In this document: one piece after another, positions 1-12,210 of the stretch | Layout: the number at the start of each line of letters is the position of its first letter | Position numbering within the stretch: position 1 is the first letter of the stretch | Source: Diadema antillarum | Taxonomy: Eukaryota | Length of the DNA: 64,000 nt | Direction of reading: 5' to 3' | Assembly: GCF_040938485.1 (NCBI RefSeq) | Contig: NW_027271464.1 | Location: 558,001-622,000, forward strand | Program-made: the position numbers and the translations under genes | Notes under the pieces: generated by a model | The model's input: only the letters and a program-made list of their open reading frames with translations | What the model was told of the DNA's origin: nothing | Databases searched by the model: none

Positions 1-853
1 TGTAGATAGTCTGTCTTTATCATTTATTCCCTTGTTTATGGTATGAAGAAGCCGTTTTGGATTTAGGCAAGAACCCCCCCCCCCCCCCAATATAAGAAAA
101 ATAATAAATAGAAAAACAAGAAGCAAAACAACTCACTGTAAGACATAATATCAGCATTTTCAAAAGATTCTAAACGTGGAAATGTTTAAATGGAAATCAG
201 TTGATGGTGTATCTGCGATGGCATTGAACAAAACATGGATTTTCACCACAGATAATCCCCCTTCTCCAAACTCTGCCTGTTTTATACTTTTTTCATGTTT
301 GCTTTTTATTTCTCTCCACTATATCAGTCAATTCAATCCCTCCTGCATTTTGCCCTTGCAGTTTTAGTCTACGTATTGTACCTCAATATTTTGTACAATT
401 AATATGTATGATATTCACTGACTCTGTCAATTATGTGAATTTAACCACCTTGTATTATTTCGAACTACTTTTCCCGCACTTATTTGATGTGTTGATGTGG
501 GTAATATGACAAATAATACAAGTGCTACATTAATTACCAAATTATCTGTCTCGCTATCTTGTTACTCTGGCATATCTTTGATGTGTTTCAAACTTTCACA
601 TATACTGGAGTGTCTATGCCCCGTATGAAGCTCACGAGTCTGCTTCGACAATGCAGAGAGAAAGAAGTGACAAAGTCTTCAAGCTATGCCCTAAAAACTT
701 ACTAGAATTCAGATTTAAAAAATAGCAAAATGTGTTTCAGGTGGTTGAATATGTAAATTATAATCCATTCTAGATGACTGTGGATTAGTAAAAAAACCTC
801 TGCAAATCGACACAAAATGTTCACACTTGATCTTTTTACATTCCCTCTATGTT

Positions 854-1062
854 CTGTAAAAGTGGATATTTTCGTGCGAGTAATTTTTCGCGCTAGGCTG
901 GGTGAGAAGAGTTTCGCGTGTTTTTAAATCCGTGGAATCAAGACATCACACACAGGGCTATATGGCAAGCAAAAATATTCGCGTGCTTTTATTTTCGCGC
1001 TAGTTTCTGGTTGCGCGAAATGCGCGAAAATTTCAACACCGCGAAAATTTCCACTTTTACAG
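854..1062. mobile_element. MITE with CTGTAAAAGTGGA TIRs
   Basis: TIRs at both ends; close copy at 53856-54065 and a related element near 39845-40053. Confidence 0.8.
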
Positions 1063-1391
1063 AGTATATGCTACCAACACAGTGCATCAATGATGCATCT
1101 TTATTTGCAACATATACATAAATAGCACCAAGAATGTATAAACATATAAACAAGAAAAAAAAAAACACCCCAAAACCTCAAACAAGATCTCAGTATTGGT
1201 GACAGATCCCATGAAGAGAGGGCTAACCTCTGGCTTCAATGTTTCTGATCATATTGTTTTAGTGTTTGATCTTTTCTGTTTAGATGTGTTCATTAAAGAA
1301 AAAATCCCCTCTCTGCTACAAGTGTATTTGTGTCATAAAAGGAATTATAGACTTTGTATATTCAGTTTAAATAATATATAATTATTATATA

Positions 1392-1665
1392 CACCCAACC
1401 AAAAAAGTTGTAATTTTGGATATATCTCAAAAAGTATTTCACCGATTTTCATAATTCAAATGGGATTGGATAAGTAATTTTATTACTCATAACATGAATG
1501 GCGTATCATTGCCACCAGATATCACTATTGGTGTGAAAAAAAAATGCATTTTATGTCAAAATGCATGGAAAAAAAAAGTTATTAAAAAAAATTATGAAAA
1601 TCGGTAAAATACTTTTTGAGATATATCCAAAAATGCTAGGGGGAACTTACTTTTTTGGTTGAGTG
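1392..1665. mobile_element. Tc1/mariner-type MITE
   Basis: TA-CACCCAACCAAAAAAGT...ACTTTTTTGGTTGAGTG-TA. Confidence 0.8.
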
Positions 1666-2507
1666 TATACTTCTAGACACACTGTACATTGAAGCAAACT
1701 GTGGACTCTATGAAGCCCATTATGCATGCCACAGCTAAGTTAACATGCACATTACTCTTCTCACAAATAGATATTCACAACTAAGAGAAGACATAGAGTA
1801 ATGATACTAAATGACAATGCCACGGTTCTGTATATTTGTTGCATTTTATTTACAAAGGCATTCATTTAAACATCTTCAATCAACATGACCATCCAATCAC
1901 TGTATAGAAAATATATGATTTCTTGTTTTTGTTTGTTTCTTTGCTTCTTTAAATCTAGACATATGTATGTGATCAACATCACCTTGCTCCGCAACAGTAG
2001 TGATAATTGAACACTGTGTCTGACACAAATGTCCTCAGGAACATGTACAGTCTTCAGTTGCATATCCTCCCTGAATTAGCAAAACTGTTTGTATCGTTAC
2101 AGAGAAGAATAAAGTGACATTTGAATATGTAAAACATCACATTACAGCCATGAATAATGAAGCTATTGTGATGAACTCTGTAGGCATTATCATAGGTTGT
2201 ATTCATGTTGCACTAACATTAGAATAACAGCTCAAAATGATGTTGAGAATGATAGAAGGTTGATATTAACAGTGACAACAATGATAGCAACAACCATAAT
2301 TATGATAACTGAACCTCATCTGTATATATGAAACTCAGTTAACTGCCTCATGGGATAAGGACATTGCCATACCAAGTACTGGTCTACAATCACCTGCAGA
2401 AGACTTTGAGTTCAAAAAAAAAAAAATATATGTGAAATCAACATACAGTAAAATTTTGAGTGAAATGGATAATTCTGGGAAACTTTAGAAAAGTTTGAAC
2501 ATCAATA

Positions 2508-2860
2508 CAGTGGACTCCCGTTATGACAAAGTCCTGGGGACCAGCAGTTTTCTTTCGTTATATCGAAAGTCATTATAACCGAACAAATAAACAATAAAAA
2601 TAAATAAAACCGATAACATTGCAGACTGACTTTTTACTTTCATTGCAACTGATTGACAAATTGCCCTAAATCGACGTAAATAAGCACTGAATTGATCAGT
2701 GTTTTGGTAGTAAACACTGATCAATTCAGTGCTTATCTATGTCGATGTAGGGCAATTTGTCAATCAGTTGCAATGAAAACACCTCGACGGAAGAATTCCA
2801 TGAATTTACTTTTTACATGTATTTTGTTATAATCGTGTTTGTTATAATGGGAGTGCACTG
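2508..2860. mobile_element. pogo/Tigger-like MITE with an internal ~140-bp palindrome
   Basis: TA-CAGTGGACTCCCGTTAT...ATAATGGGAGTGCACTG-TA; internal inverted repeat ~2639-2778. Confidence 0.75.
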
Positions 2861-2861
2861 T

Positions 2862-3128
2862 ATTAAAAATCATGATACTTTGTGGTTGTTTGTTTACCCA
2901 CTAGTTTATATCCACGCAAGTAGCATGAAGTTCAAAAGACTAAGATTATTTGGATGCCATAAAACATGAACTAGTACGATCAAGATTAATTGGATGCCAT
3001 GAAACATGAACTCATAAAGTTCATGTTTCATGGCATCCAATTAATCTTGGTCTTTTGACCTTCATGCTGCTTGAATCGATAGAAACTGGTGGGCAAACAA
3101 AAAACCACAAAGTATAATGATTTTTAAT
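2862..3128. repeat. Foldback (long inverted repeat) element
   Basis: ATTAAAAATCATGATACTTTGTGG... and ...CCACAAAGTATAATGATTTTTAAT arms of ~110 bp, with an internal ~40-bp duplication. Confidence 0.7.
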
Positions 3129-3321
3129 TGAAACTGTGGTGAACAGTTGATTTCTACCAATTTGCAGGAATTCTGCTAGCATACCATCCTTTATATAGCT
3201 TGAAGCTCCGAAGAGGATCACCTTTTCAGGGAAAAAAAACACCTGGGAAATATACATTACTAATTCCAGAAAAAAAAAAAAAAACTTTCTGCTTGAATAT
3301 CAACATTATTTTTTCATAATA

Positions 3322-3851
3322 CAGTGCACCCCCGTTACAACGAACACGGTTATAACGAAATTTCGTTATAACAAAGTAAAACTTCAGGTCCCGAAATTAA
3401 CGCCATTAAAGTCTATGGTACAAAATTCGCTTACAACGAACACGGTTATAGCGAAATTTTTGTTATAACAAAGTATTTTTCGAGCACCACTGACAAAGAA
3501 AAAAAAAAAAAAAGCTCGGTTATAACGAACTGAGGATCGCTTTCAAAAATACGTAGCGGAACAAGCATTCATAGCGTCTCTGCATGGGCGAATGCGTCAC
3601 ATCACTGTGTGTTCGCTTGGTGTGTCAATCACAGTTTCCGAGTTGAACTTGCGTTATTGTAATACAATAATCTGAAATTGAATAACTATTTGTTTTATTG
3701 TTCACATAGCTTTCCAGTATATGACGAGTATTCAACAAACAGAATATCATATATGCGCGGCTTCCTTGTTTTCGTTATATATTGTATTTGTTCGGTTATA
3801 ACGAAAGAAAACTGCCAGTCCCGAGCATTTCGTTATAGCGGGAGTGCACTG
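3322..3851. mobile_element. pogo/Tigger-like MITE
   Basis: TA-CAGTGCACCCCCGTTA...TATAGCGGGAGTGCACTG-TA with repeated TTATAACGAA subterminal motifs. Confidence 0.8.
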
Positions 3852-5992
3852 TACTTCCTCAATACATGTATACTCAAAGTTTCACTGATCTGCTAATTCT
3901 CTTTCAAAATTTTCTTCTAGAAGAAAATTTATTCTACAGATGTAATCCTCCTGGATCAATTGTACTATGTCATTTGCATTTGCTCTTTCACTTAAAGCAC
4001 TTAAAATAAACATAACATGCTCACTATCTTCACTCTCCGGAAATGTTTTACTTTTAAGATCTCATGTGAAATTGCACCATAATTGGGATGCATCTTGTTG
4101 TTTTTTGTTTTTCTAGATAAGATAAAATATATGTTTCAGTAGAAAAAAAAGGCAGAAAGAAAAATAATAACTTACTTATATTTGATAAATATTATATTAA
4201 ACCCTGCAAGGTGATGGAATTTAACAATTCAAACTGATATACAATCGTACTAGCCTTTTAAAAATGAACATATTTTTAAAAGTTTGAATTGGCCTGTCAA
4301 GACAGCTGCCAGCTCTAATGTTACGTGTGTATTAGGCAAGTTTGACAATTGGCTCATGCAAAGTTGATTTTAACATGGTGATTCAAATATGTATGAAATA
4401 AAGACTTGACTTTAGCTGTCCTAGTTACACAGATTTGGCAGGTCTGTTTCAAAATTGCAGTAATTCATGTCCAATGCAGTCAGGGGCACATTTTCCTTTT
4501 CTCAAGGATTTCAAGGCTAATAGCAATCTCTATACAAGATCATTCAAATCACAATAAAACAAAGAAATAAAGAATATCAATAAGTGCAATTTCCTCATCT
4601 TGTGATAAAAAATATAAGAATATTACTCATTTTCATCAAAAATCAAAAGGCTCCAAGACAAACCAAGTGATCTAAGAATAAAGCAATTGTAGTGAGTATT
4701 TTTCTATATTTTCAGCAATTAACTATTCTACAGAACCCTATAAACCCATGAGCCTTGCACCATTTTTTTTCTTCTTTTTTTTGTCAAAACAATGGCAATT
4801 GCAGCTTCATGACTATCGACCTGAGAAGTTAAAAAAAATGCTGAAAAGCAATTGTGATATTTCAACAACTCATGTTAATACTCATAATCATTAAAACACA
4901 GAGAGATGAAGTTGTTTTACATTTGTACTCCAAACAAACACCGAGTAAATTGACTAAAGTTTTACTGAAAATGCAAGGATAATATAGACTTTGGTAGTGT
5001 AGACATGACCAATGTGTGGAAAAAAAATGTGAATATGACACAATCAAATACTTTCAAGGATAAAAATTTGTCTATAATTTGTCTAAAATTAACACATTTC
5101 TTAATTTGACGGATCTAAAGTTTATAGACAAGTCATTCTAGGTGAACTTATAAATGCAATTTAAAAAAAGAATACACATACACAAGTGATTTTGGTTGCC
5201 ATATGATCAGCCTGACAGTAATCTTATAGATGCTTCTGGTGCATTACAGTATGTTGCACAGTGTACTGAAACCTTGATATCATCACCACATATGTATGTG
5301 AGCAGGGCCTCATTCAATCAAAAGATATAATCAATTATAAATGTCCTTACTAAGCAGGCTGCCATAGACTTACCATAGAAATCAACTATATAATCAATTA
5401 TAACTCTTCATAAAACAGGGCCCAGGTGTAGCAGGTATCCCCTCTATCTTTTGTAACACTTTACAATAGTCATAGACTACACATAGTTTACAAGTCTTTG
5501 ATACTATACACCGCTATATCTTGGGTAAAACGTTGCAGTAGCTTTACACAGAATTTTCAAATCTTTGATGATATAACCCTCTATGTCTTGTGTAAAACTT
5601 TACAACAGATTGCCCAGAGTTTACATGTCTCCTTTCACCATATAAATGCTTTAAATGTGACCGGGGAAAAACATACCAGCGAGTCTTAAGTTCATAATTG
5701 TAATCGCAATTGAAACTCTGGGTAATTCTCTGACTAAATGTGCATTTTTGGTCCATGCACATTGAAGTAACAAGTATGTTTACGTTGCATTCCATTGTGT
5801 TTTGTTATCAACGCAGGTATAACGTGTCCTACACACTTGAACCCCAGATTATGGGTAAACGGGCAACACATGAAGTGGACATGCCTTTCTCTCACATTGA
5901 TATGCATGATAAGTATTTGATCATGAGCCAATATCTATGACTACTTCAATACACAGAGCCAAGCATCTGATGTCTCTTTCTTTTGCCCTTAA

Positions 5993-6076
5993 CCCATTGA
6001 GGACCGACTAATTTCGCTACAACATGCATTTCCATAGACACCTGCCTGAGTATACTTTGGACTCGTCCTTAACGGG
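5993..6076. mobile_element. Tiny piggyBac-like MITE (~85 bp)
   Basis: TTAA-CCCATTGAGGAC...GTCCTTAACGGG-TTAA; inverted copy at 6312-6396 and a degenerate copy near 60785-60871. Confidence 0.75.
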
Positions 6077-6311
6077 TTAACACATAGAGTGGTTTATAAT
6101 CAGTTTCTACTCATATTTCTCAAACCAAAGTCCATGAGTTTAACATGACATTAGGTATTATGTATTGAAATGCAACTGCAAAATAAAAACAAATGCAATT
6201 TATATGCTGCATCATTAAATGTCTCACGATCAATTGCAGTATGAAACATGATAATGCATGTATGGTGAGAGGGGGTGTCTGTGTATGCTTGTTTCAAGTT
6301 GCTTTTTTTAA

Positions 6312-6396
6312 CCCGTTGAAGACGAGTCCGGAGTATACTTGGGCAGGTGTCTATGGGAAATGCGTGTTGTAGCAAAATCAGCCCATCCTCAACGGG
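6312..6396. mobile_element. Tiny piggyBac-like MITE, inverted copy
   Basis: TTAA-CCCGTTGAAGACGAG...CATCCTCAACGGG-TTAA. Confidence 0.75.
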
Positions 6397-6789
6397 TTAA
6401 GGCTGGCAAATTGCATTTAGTCCTTTGTAAAACTGACACCATGACATAAAATCTGGTCACCTTTTTCTCTGTACAGAGAAACAAATCAACAAAAATAAAA
6501 AGAACAGTAATAAATTCACTTACATTTCATAACACATTTCTATAACTCTAAGATCTTTGGATGAGACTTCCTACATCTTTCTCTCTTTCTGAATACTCTG
6601 TAATATGTATGACAAAACATCTGCAAGTGTGCAATTCATCTCCAATGTGTCTTGAATTCTGTGCACATTGAGACATAGCCAGCATTTTGATCTATGTGCA
6701 TACAGATCTTAATAGTGGACACCAATAAAGATGAAAAAACAAAAAATAAACAGATTGTTTGAAGTTTTGCTGGAAGCCTCAACTCTACA

Positions 6790-6877
6790 CTACCTCTCTT
6801 TCTGCAAGTACTTGAAGACATCTCGCCTGAGTACATAACTGAGTCCGGACGCGATGGTGGTCGCAGCTGTCACGTAC
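6790..6877 (-). CDS. CRLS1: Cardiolipin synthase exon 6 (terminal)
   Basis: tag|G TAC...: (W)YVTAATTIASGLSYVLRRDVFKYLQKER*; fits the conserved W.xTAxTTxxSGxSY end. Confidence 0.92.
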
Positions 6878-7576
6878 CTACAGTTGGGCACAAATTAGCA
6901 ACAGAATTAATCAAGATCATACAGCATACTCTGTGCCCCCATTTTGGTGATGCACCTACATTTTGGTGATGCAACTACACTTGAGATGTTCCTGCTACAA
7001 CAAACACGGTTATAATAACATTTTGTTCCATTGAAGCTTAAAAAATCAGGTCCCCAAATCATTATCTTTTATTATATCTTGATTTGTGTGGCTATAATGA
7101 AATTTCAATACAAAGAAGCAAAACTGCCAGTCACGAGGATTTTATCATAACAGGAGTCATTGGCAAACTTAAAAGACAAGGACACTTCCAGACAATATCT
7201 AAAATTATTCTCGGATAACATAGTCCCCCCTCATAATTATGTCAGACAGAAGGATTTCAGCCTATTCTCACACAGATTACTTCCATCAAGCAAGCATTTG
7301 GATATCAGATTTTTTCCCTCTTATATGTTCATTCACAGGTCTGTGCTTTGCTGAGTTTTCTTGCTGTGTTAAACATTGGCTCAAATGAATGACTTTTTTC
7401 CCAATTCTACCTTTGATAAGAAGCACTCACAAAAAAAAAAAAAATAGTAAAAGTCATACAAAACAGATAGAGAACCAAAGCATATGAATGCAATTTCCAG
7501 GACACAATGGGTTGAAAGGATTTTTGTCACTGCTATTGCTGCAGTGTGGTACATATTGCTCTGTTCATCGACTTAC

Positions 7577-7668
7577 CATAAGCCATGAAGATAAGGGTGG
7601 TCTGTGAATTCCAGAACTGGGGCAACAAGTGTGAACCCTACTAGAGATAATTGCACTGCTGTATTAAC
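7577..7668 (-). CDS. CRLS1: Cardiolipin synthase exon 5
   Basis: cag|VNTAVQLSLVGFTLVAPVLEFTDHPYLHGL TG|gtaagt; gives the conserved SK|VNTAVQL. Confidence 0.95.
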
Positions 7669-7883
7669 CTGTGTGGGAAGAAGAACACAATAAAAGATAG
7701 ATAGATTAGAGGAATAAACACAGTGTGATGACTTGATCAATGAGAACAAATTCGTAATTAGACTTACCTGAACAAAAACATTAAAGATAGCATCATGTTG
7801 CACCAAACAATTCACAGCAAACCAAACTATCAGATGTTACTACTACGTGTACTTTATGGACAGTCAAAAAACAAAACAAAAAC

Positions 7884-9067
7884 AACTAGAAATGTCGCTT
7901 TGGCGACTGGTATGCCTCCGCCATAATACATGATTCTCCTAATAGGTCTATAGTACATGTGGACAATGTGTGATTACATTTTCACAAAATTGGCAAAATA
8001 TTAAAATGACATGTTTGTCACAAATGTATTGAATGTTTACCTTCCTTGACCTATGTTTAATTGGATGAATAGGAGAGCATGTATTTGGGGATTTAAGAAC
8101 TTTAACTTGACTTTGACCATTTCATAAGTTTATGCACTGAGTAATTTTCAAGGTATGGAGAAAAAGCGCAATTTCTGTATTGAACAGTAAATTGTTATCA
8201 TTTTCATCTGGCCTTTGATTTATAAGAGAATCACTGTCAGGCAGAACATACATAAATTCAGCATGTTCTAAGTTTCAAGATAACTTGAGCCACTTCCGAG
8301 ATATGGAGAAAGAATTAAGTTCAGCACTTTCACTTGATCTTTGACCTTTTGACCTTTGACCTTCTTGGCAAAAAAAAAATCCCAGAGAATCTGTATTGGG
8401 TTATACATGCATACATCAAGTTAAAAAAAAAAAAAGTCCTGCTGGCATTGCATAAATATAAGGAAAATAGTAAAGTTTTGAAGTATTGCCCTTGACCTTT
8501 GACCCCTGACCTTTGACCCCATGAACCCTAAATTCCCTAGATAACCACTGCCAGTCAGTAGATGCATATATATACTATGTTCCATGAAGATACCTTGAAC
8601 AATTTCCAAGATACAGAGAAAAAAGTGAAAATTTAACATTTTACTTGACCTTTTGACCTTTGACCTTTTGACCTCATGACCCCAAACTTTCACCAGAGAA
8701 TCTTAATTGGGTAGTACATGTATACACTAAGTTTCAAGAAAATATCTTCAGGCATTGCATAGATATGGGGGAAATAGTAAAATTTTAAGCATTTGACCTT
8801 GACCTTTTGACCTATGACCTTGAGCATGTGCACCCAAAAGTTGATAGGCACAACTTCACCCCCTAATACACATACATGCCAAGTTTCATTAGGATACCTC
8901 AAAAGGTTTTGGTAGTTACCCTGTCCACAAAATTCATGACGGACGGAAGGACGGAAGGACGGACGGACGGACAGACGGAAGGACGGACGGACGGACGGAC
9001 GGACGAACGGACGGACGGACAACCCGAAAACATAATGCCTCCGGCACCACTTCGTGGCGGAGGCATA
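7884..9067 (-). mobile_element. Helentron-associated interspersed element (HINE/DINE-1-like), family 1
   Basis: 5' subTIR TATGCCTCCGCCA with an adjacent partial inverted copy, (TCCG)n microsatellite at 8939-9020, TGACCTT-rich core, 3' subTIR TGGCGGAGGCATA, hairpin GTCGC-caaa-GCGAC, end CTAGTT. Confidence 0.85.
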
Positions 9068-10671
9068 AAAACAAACAGACTGAAAGCAAACATGAACATG
9101 AGTGAGAATGAGAAATAATGCAGGGAGTAGGGTATAATGTGAGCATGTCTCATTTTTTAACCACTGAATATGCTGGATACACGGCTCAGAGTTGCAAGTT
9201 TACATACAGCATTCTTCCCATTGTAGATTTACGAGAGCCACAAACTTACTGAATATCAATTCATACTGTGACAAATATCAACATGGACATAGGTATGTAA
9301 TGTGGGACTTGCACTAGTATTCCCTATTTCGTACATATCATATATGTGAGTAAATCAAATGTGAAAATCAAGCCACTTTCCCTCTAGAACTTCCTTGCGC
9401 ATATGCTCAGGGCATTACCACAAACAAGCAAACAAACAAAAAGACAAAATCAAACTTTCCTCTATGCACAAATGGTTCCCTTTTCATTTAATGGCTGACA
9501 ACTTATTCATTTTAGCCCAGTAATGAGTTCCATTAGCCCAAAGCAAGCAGACATATGAGTTTATTGAGCATCTATGCCTACTTTATGTCTTCTTCCATGT
9601 GATTAGAAAAGAAATACTCAAAAGCTTTGCAATAATTATTCTAGTGGTAATATGCCCTGGCAACTAGGCTTAAAACTATGAATGGACAACCGGCTTTCCC
9701 TTAAGATTATGATAACTTAAGGAGGGAGGCCATAAGCAGGACTGTACATGTCACAGAACCCGTCTTCTGTTAAATGACCTTTGGATGATACTAAAATATA
9801 ACTTTGACAAATGAATTTACTTTATATATTTTTACAGCTTTTAATGACAAGTTGTAAAGATAAAGGCAGTAAGAATTTGCCCTCGTGCTCTTTAGCACTG
9901 TGTTTGATCTGTCCATGTGAAATGACTAAAAAACTATTTTCACCCGTGGCGTCACCAACTTTCCTCAAAGCTCTGACAATGGGGTGCTTGAACAGACCGC
10001 TTCAATGAGTGGCAAGATTGCACATGTTTGTTTGCACAAAGGGTGGGGGCATCAGGAATGAAAGGGAAAAGAAGTCAAATCTCTTTGACCTTGAATCACT
10101 AAATTTTACACATTTCAAGATAACCATTGCCTGGTACTATTAACATGGTTACACTGGTACCATTGTCTCCCCTGCAGCATGACAACAAGTTATTTACCAA
10201 GTAATCATTTACACATTAATAGTCGAACATCTTGGATCAACGACAGCAACAACATCAAAACCCCAACTACTTTTTGCTGGCAACAGTGAGGGAAAGGTTG
10301 GGTAAAAAAAGTCAGCTTCCCTTTTCTTTGGCTGAACGATTCATTCAATTGGAGTTATTTCGCTCCGAATATCATCTATAAAACACAATTAGCACAGTTC
10401 CACTGATGTCATTGTCTGGCCTTTCACAAATCATACCTACTTCTCCTGCCTGAATGAATTGGTTAGAATGGCTGGAGGCAAATTTGGGTCAACTTCAGTA
10501 CAAATGATCAGTCTCACTTTGTGCAAGAGAATATTTTACTATCTCAATGGTGAACAAAACATCTAAATCGGCACACTCTCATGCTCAAATGCAACAGCTA
10601 TAATACTTTTATGTATCATACTTTGATAAATCTTTTCATATGAGTTCTGAAAGAGTGACAGAAACAGCCTA

Positions 10672-10823
10672 NNNNNNNNNNNNNNNNNNNNNNNNNNNNN
10701 NNNNNNNNNNNNNNNNNNNNNNNNNNNNNNNNNNNNNNNNNNNNNNNNNNNNNNNNNNNNNNNNNNNNNNNNNNNNNNNNNNNNNNNNNNNNNNNNNNNN
10801 NNNNNNNNNNNNNNNNNNNNNNN
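10672..10823. other. Assembly gap (N run) in CRLS1 intron 4
   Basis: ~150 N ending ~26 bp from the exon 4 donor; true size unknown. Confidence 0.98.
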
Positions 10824-10849
10824 GGAGCTGAAAAATCTGGCAGACTGAC

Positions 10850-11004
10850 CTTGCTAATGAAGGTTGGCTTCATCTGCACCGTGGCGTGGGTGGCGTCGAA
10901 GAACCTCTTGGCCGTGATGGGCGGAGGCAGCGACTGGTAGCGGAGGTAGAAAGCTGCCGACACCAGCCCTATGTCTCGCAGGATTATCAGTGCAGTGAGG
11001 GAAA
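10850..11004 (-). CDS. CRLS1: Cardiolipin synthase exon 4
   Basis: tag|(V)SLTALIILRDIGLVSAAFYLRYQSLPPPITAKRFFDATHATVQMKPTFISK|gtcagt; phases match both neighbours. Confidence 0.95.
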
Positions 11005-12080
11005 CTAGGGAAGAGATTTGAACAGCAATATGAAAGCAAATCATCTTAAGTCAGATTGCTAGAACACTTTCTGTGTGATAGATATAAGGCCATTAATAAT
11101 CTTTTTAATGTTCACATATATATTCCCTTCACACTGTAACCTCCCATCCCCCCAAAAAACAACAACAACAAACAAACAAAAACAACAAACAAACACACAA
11201 ACACACAAGGCAAAAAAAAAAAAAGCTTTATTGTTTATGTGATATACTGGGAAGATAAATGAAAAACAGACGGCTGGAAGACAAATCAATAAAGCAAAAA
11301 GCCCATTGCAACATTATATGAAGCATCTTTGCATTAACAATGGGGTGTGCATAAAATCAGTTTTGTTTGTTATTTGTTTTTTTATTTTTTTCATCACTTT
11401 CAGATGTAAGGTTTTCTGCTGCAATCCTGAATGCATATTCTGGTCCCAAATGGAGAAAGATAGTATAATAGGAGACTATCTCTGTCATAACAAGTCTCAC
11501 AGCTTTGGCTTGACTGCTGTTAGCACATTATTTAATGCTCCATGTAGTGATATTATGTACATAGTCATCAATGTACCATCATATGCAAAGCACTTAAATG
11601 GTAGTATGGTTTTATTTGGTCCAGTGGGGTCTTTTGCTGTGGCAGGTAAGGGACCTGCTGTGTTTATTATCAAGCACAAAGACACAGATACCGGCAGTAC
11701 GCTACATTTGCTGGATTTGTTGAAAGTCAAGGAAAATATGTACACTTGAGTTTAATAAATTACTTGATATCACACAGACCTTTCTACAAAGTTGAAAGTA
11801 TCCCTTTCACAATAATATATGTTTCATCATTTGCCCATTGAACCATTCATATCTACTTTTCATTACATATATACTATTCATATCCTATTCTCCTTTGTTT
11901 ATGATTAAATGGGGATGTGGTTTTTAAAAGACTGTTTTCTACTAGAATCAACTGCAAAGTTTAGTGAAACCATGTGAAACAAATCCTGGATGGCACCTCT
12001 TTCTTTCCAACTACCATCCTCTTACACATGATGATACTGTTGCCATGGTGATGATGCTAATGAGTGGAATCTTAACGTAC

Positions 12081-12210
12081 CTGGGATGAGGTTGCTGTAT
12101 GTCAGACTGATGGTGAGGATGCTGATGAGACACTTGTCTGCCAGAGGATCAATGATGGACCCCAGCACCGACTGCTGGTTGGCAAAGTTTCTGGCTATCC
12201 ATCCATCTAA
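12081..12210 (-). CDS. CRLS1: Cardiolipin synthase exon 3
   Basis: cag|[44 protein letters not shown]|gtacgt; with exon 2 it completes the CDP-alcohol phosphotransferase motif (DxxDGxxAR...G..LDxxxD). Confidence 0.97.

Noticed and set aside
8690-9153. ORFs rich in VRPS/GRTD repeats (also 28360-28699 and 36496-36699)
   Set aside because: Translations of (GGAC)n/(GTCC)n microsatellites inside HINE elements.
10616-10831. ORFs containing X runs
   Set aside because: Artefacts of the N gap; only 10850-11004 is coding.
11306-11749. 147-aa plus-strand ORF
   Set aside because: No recognisable motif; antisense within CRLS1 intron 3.
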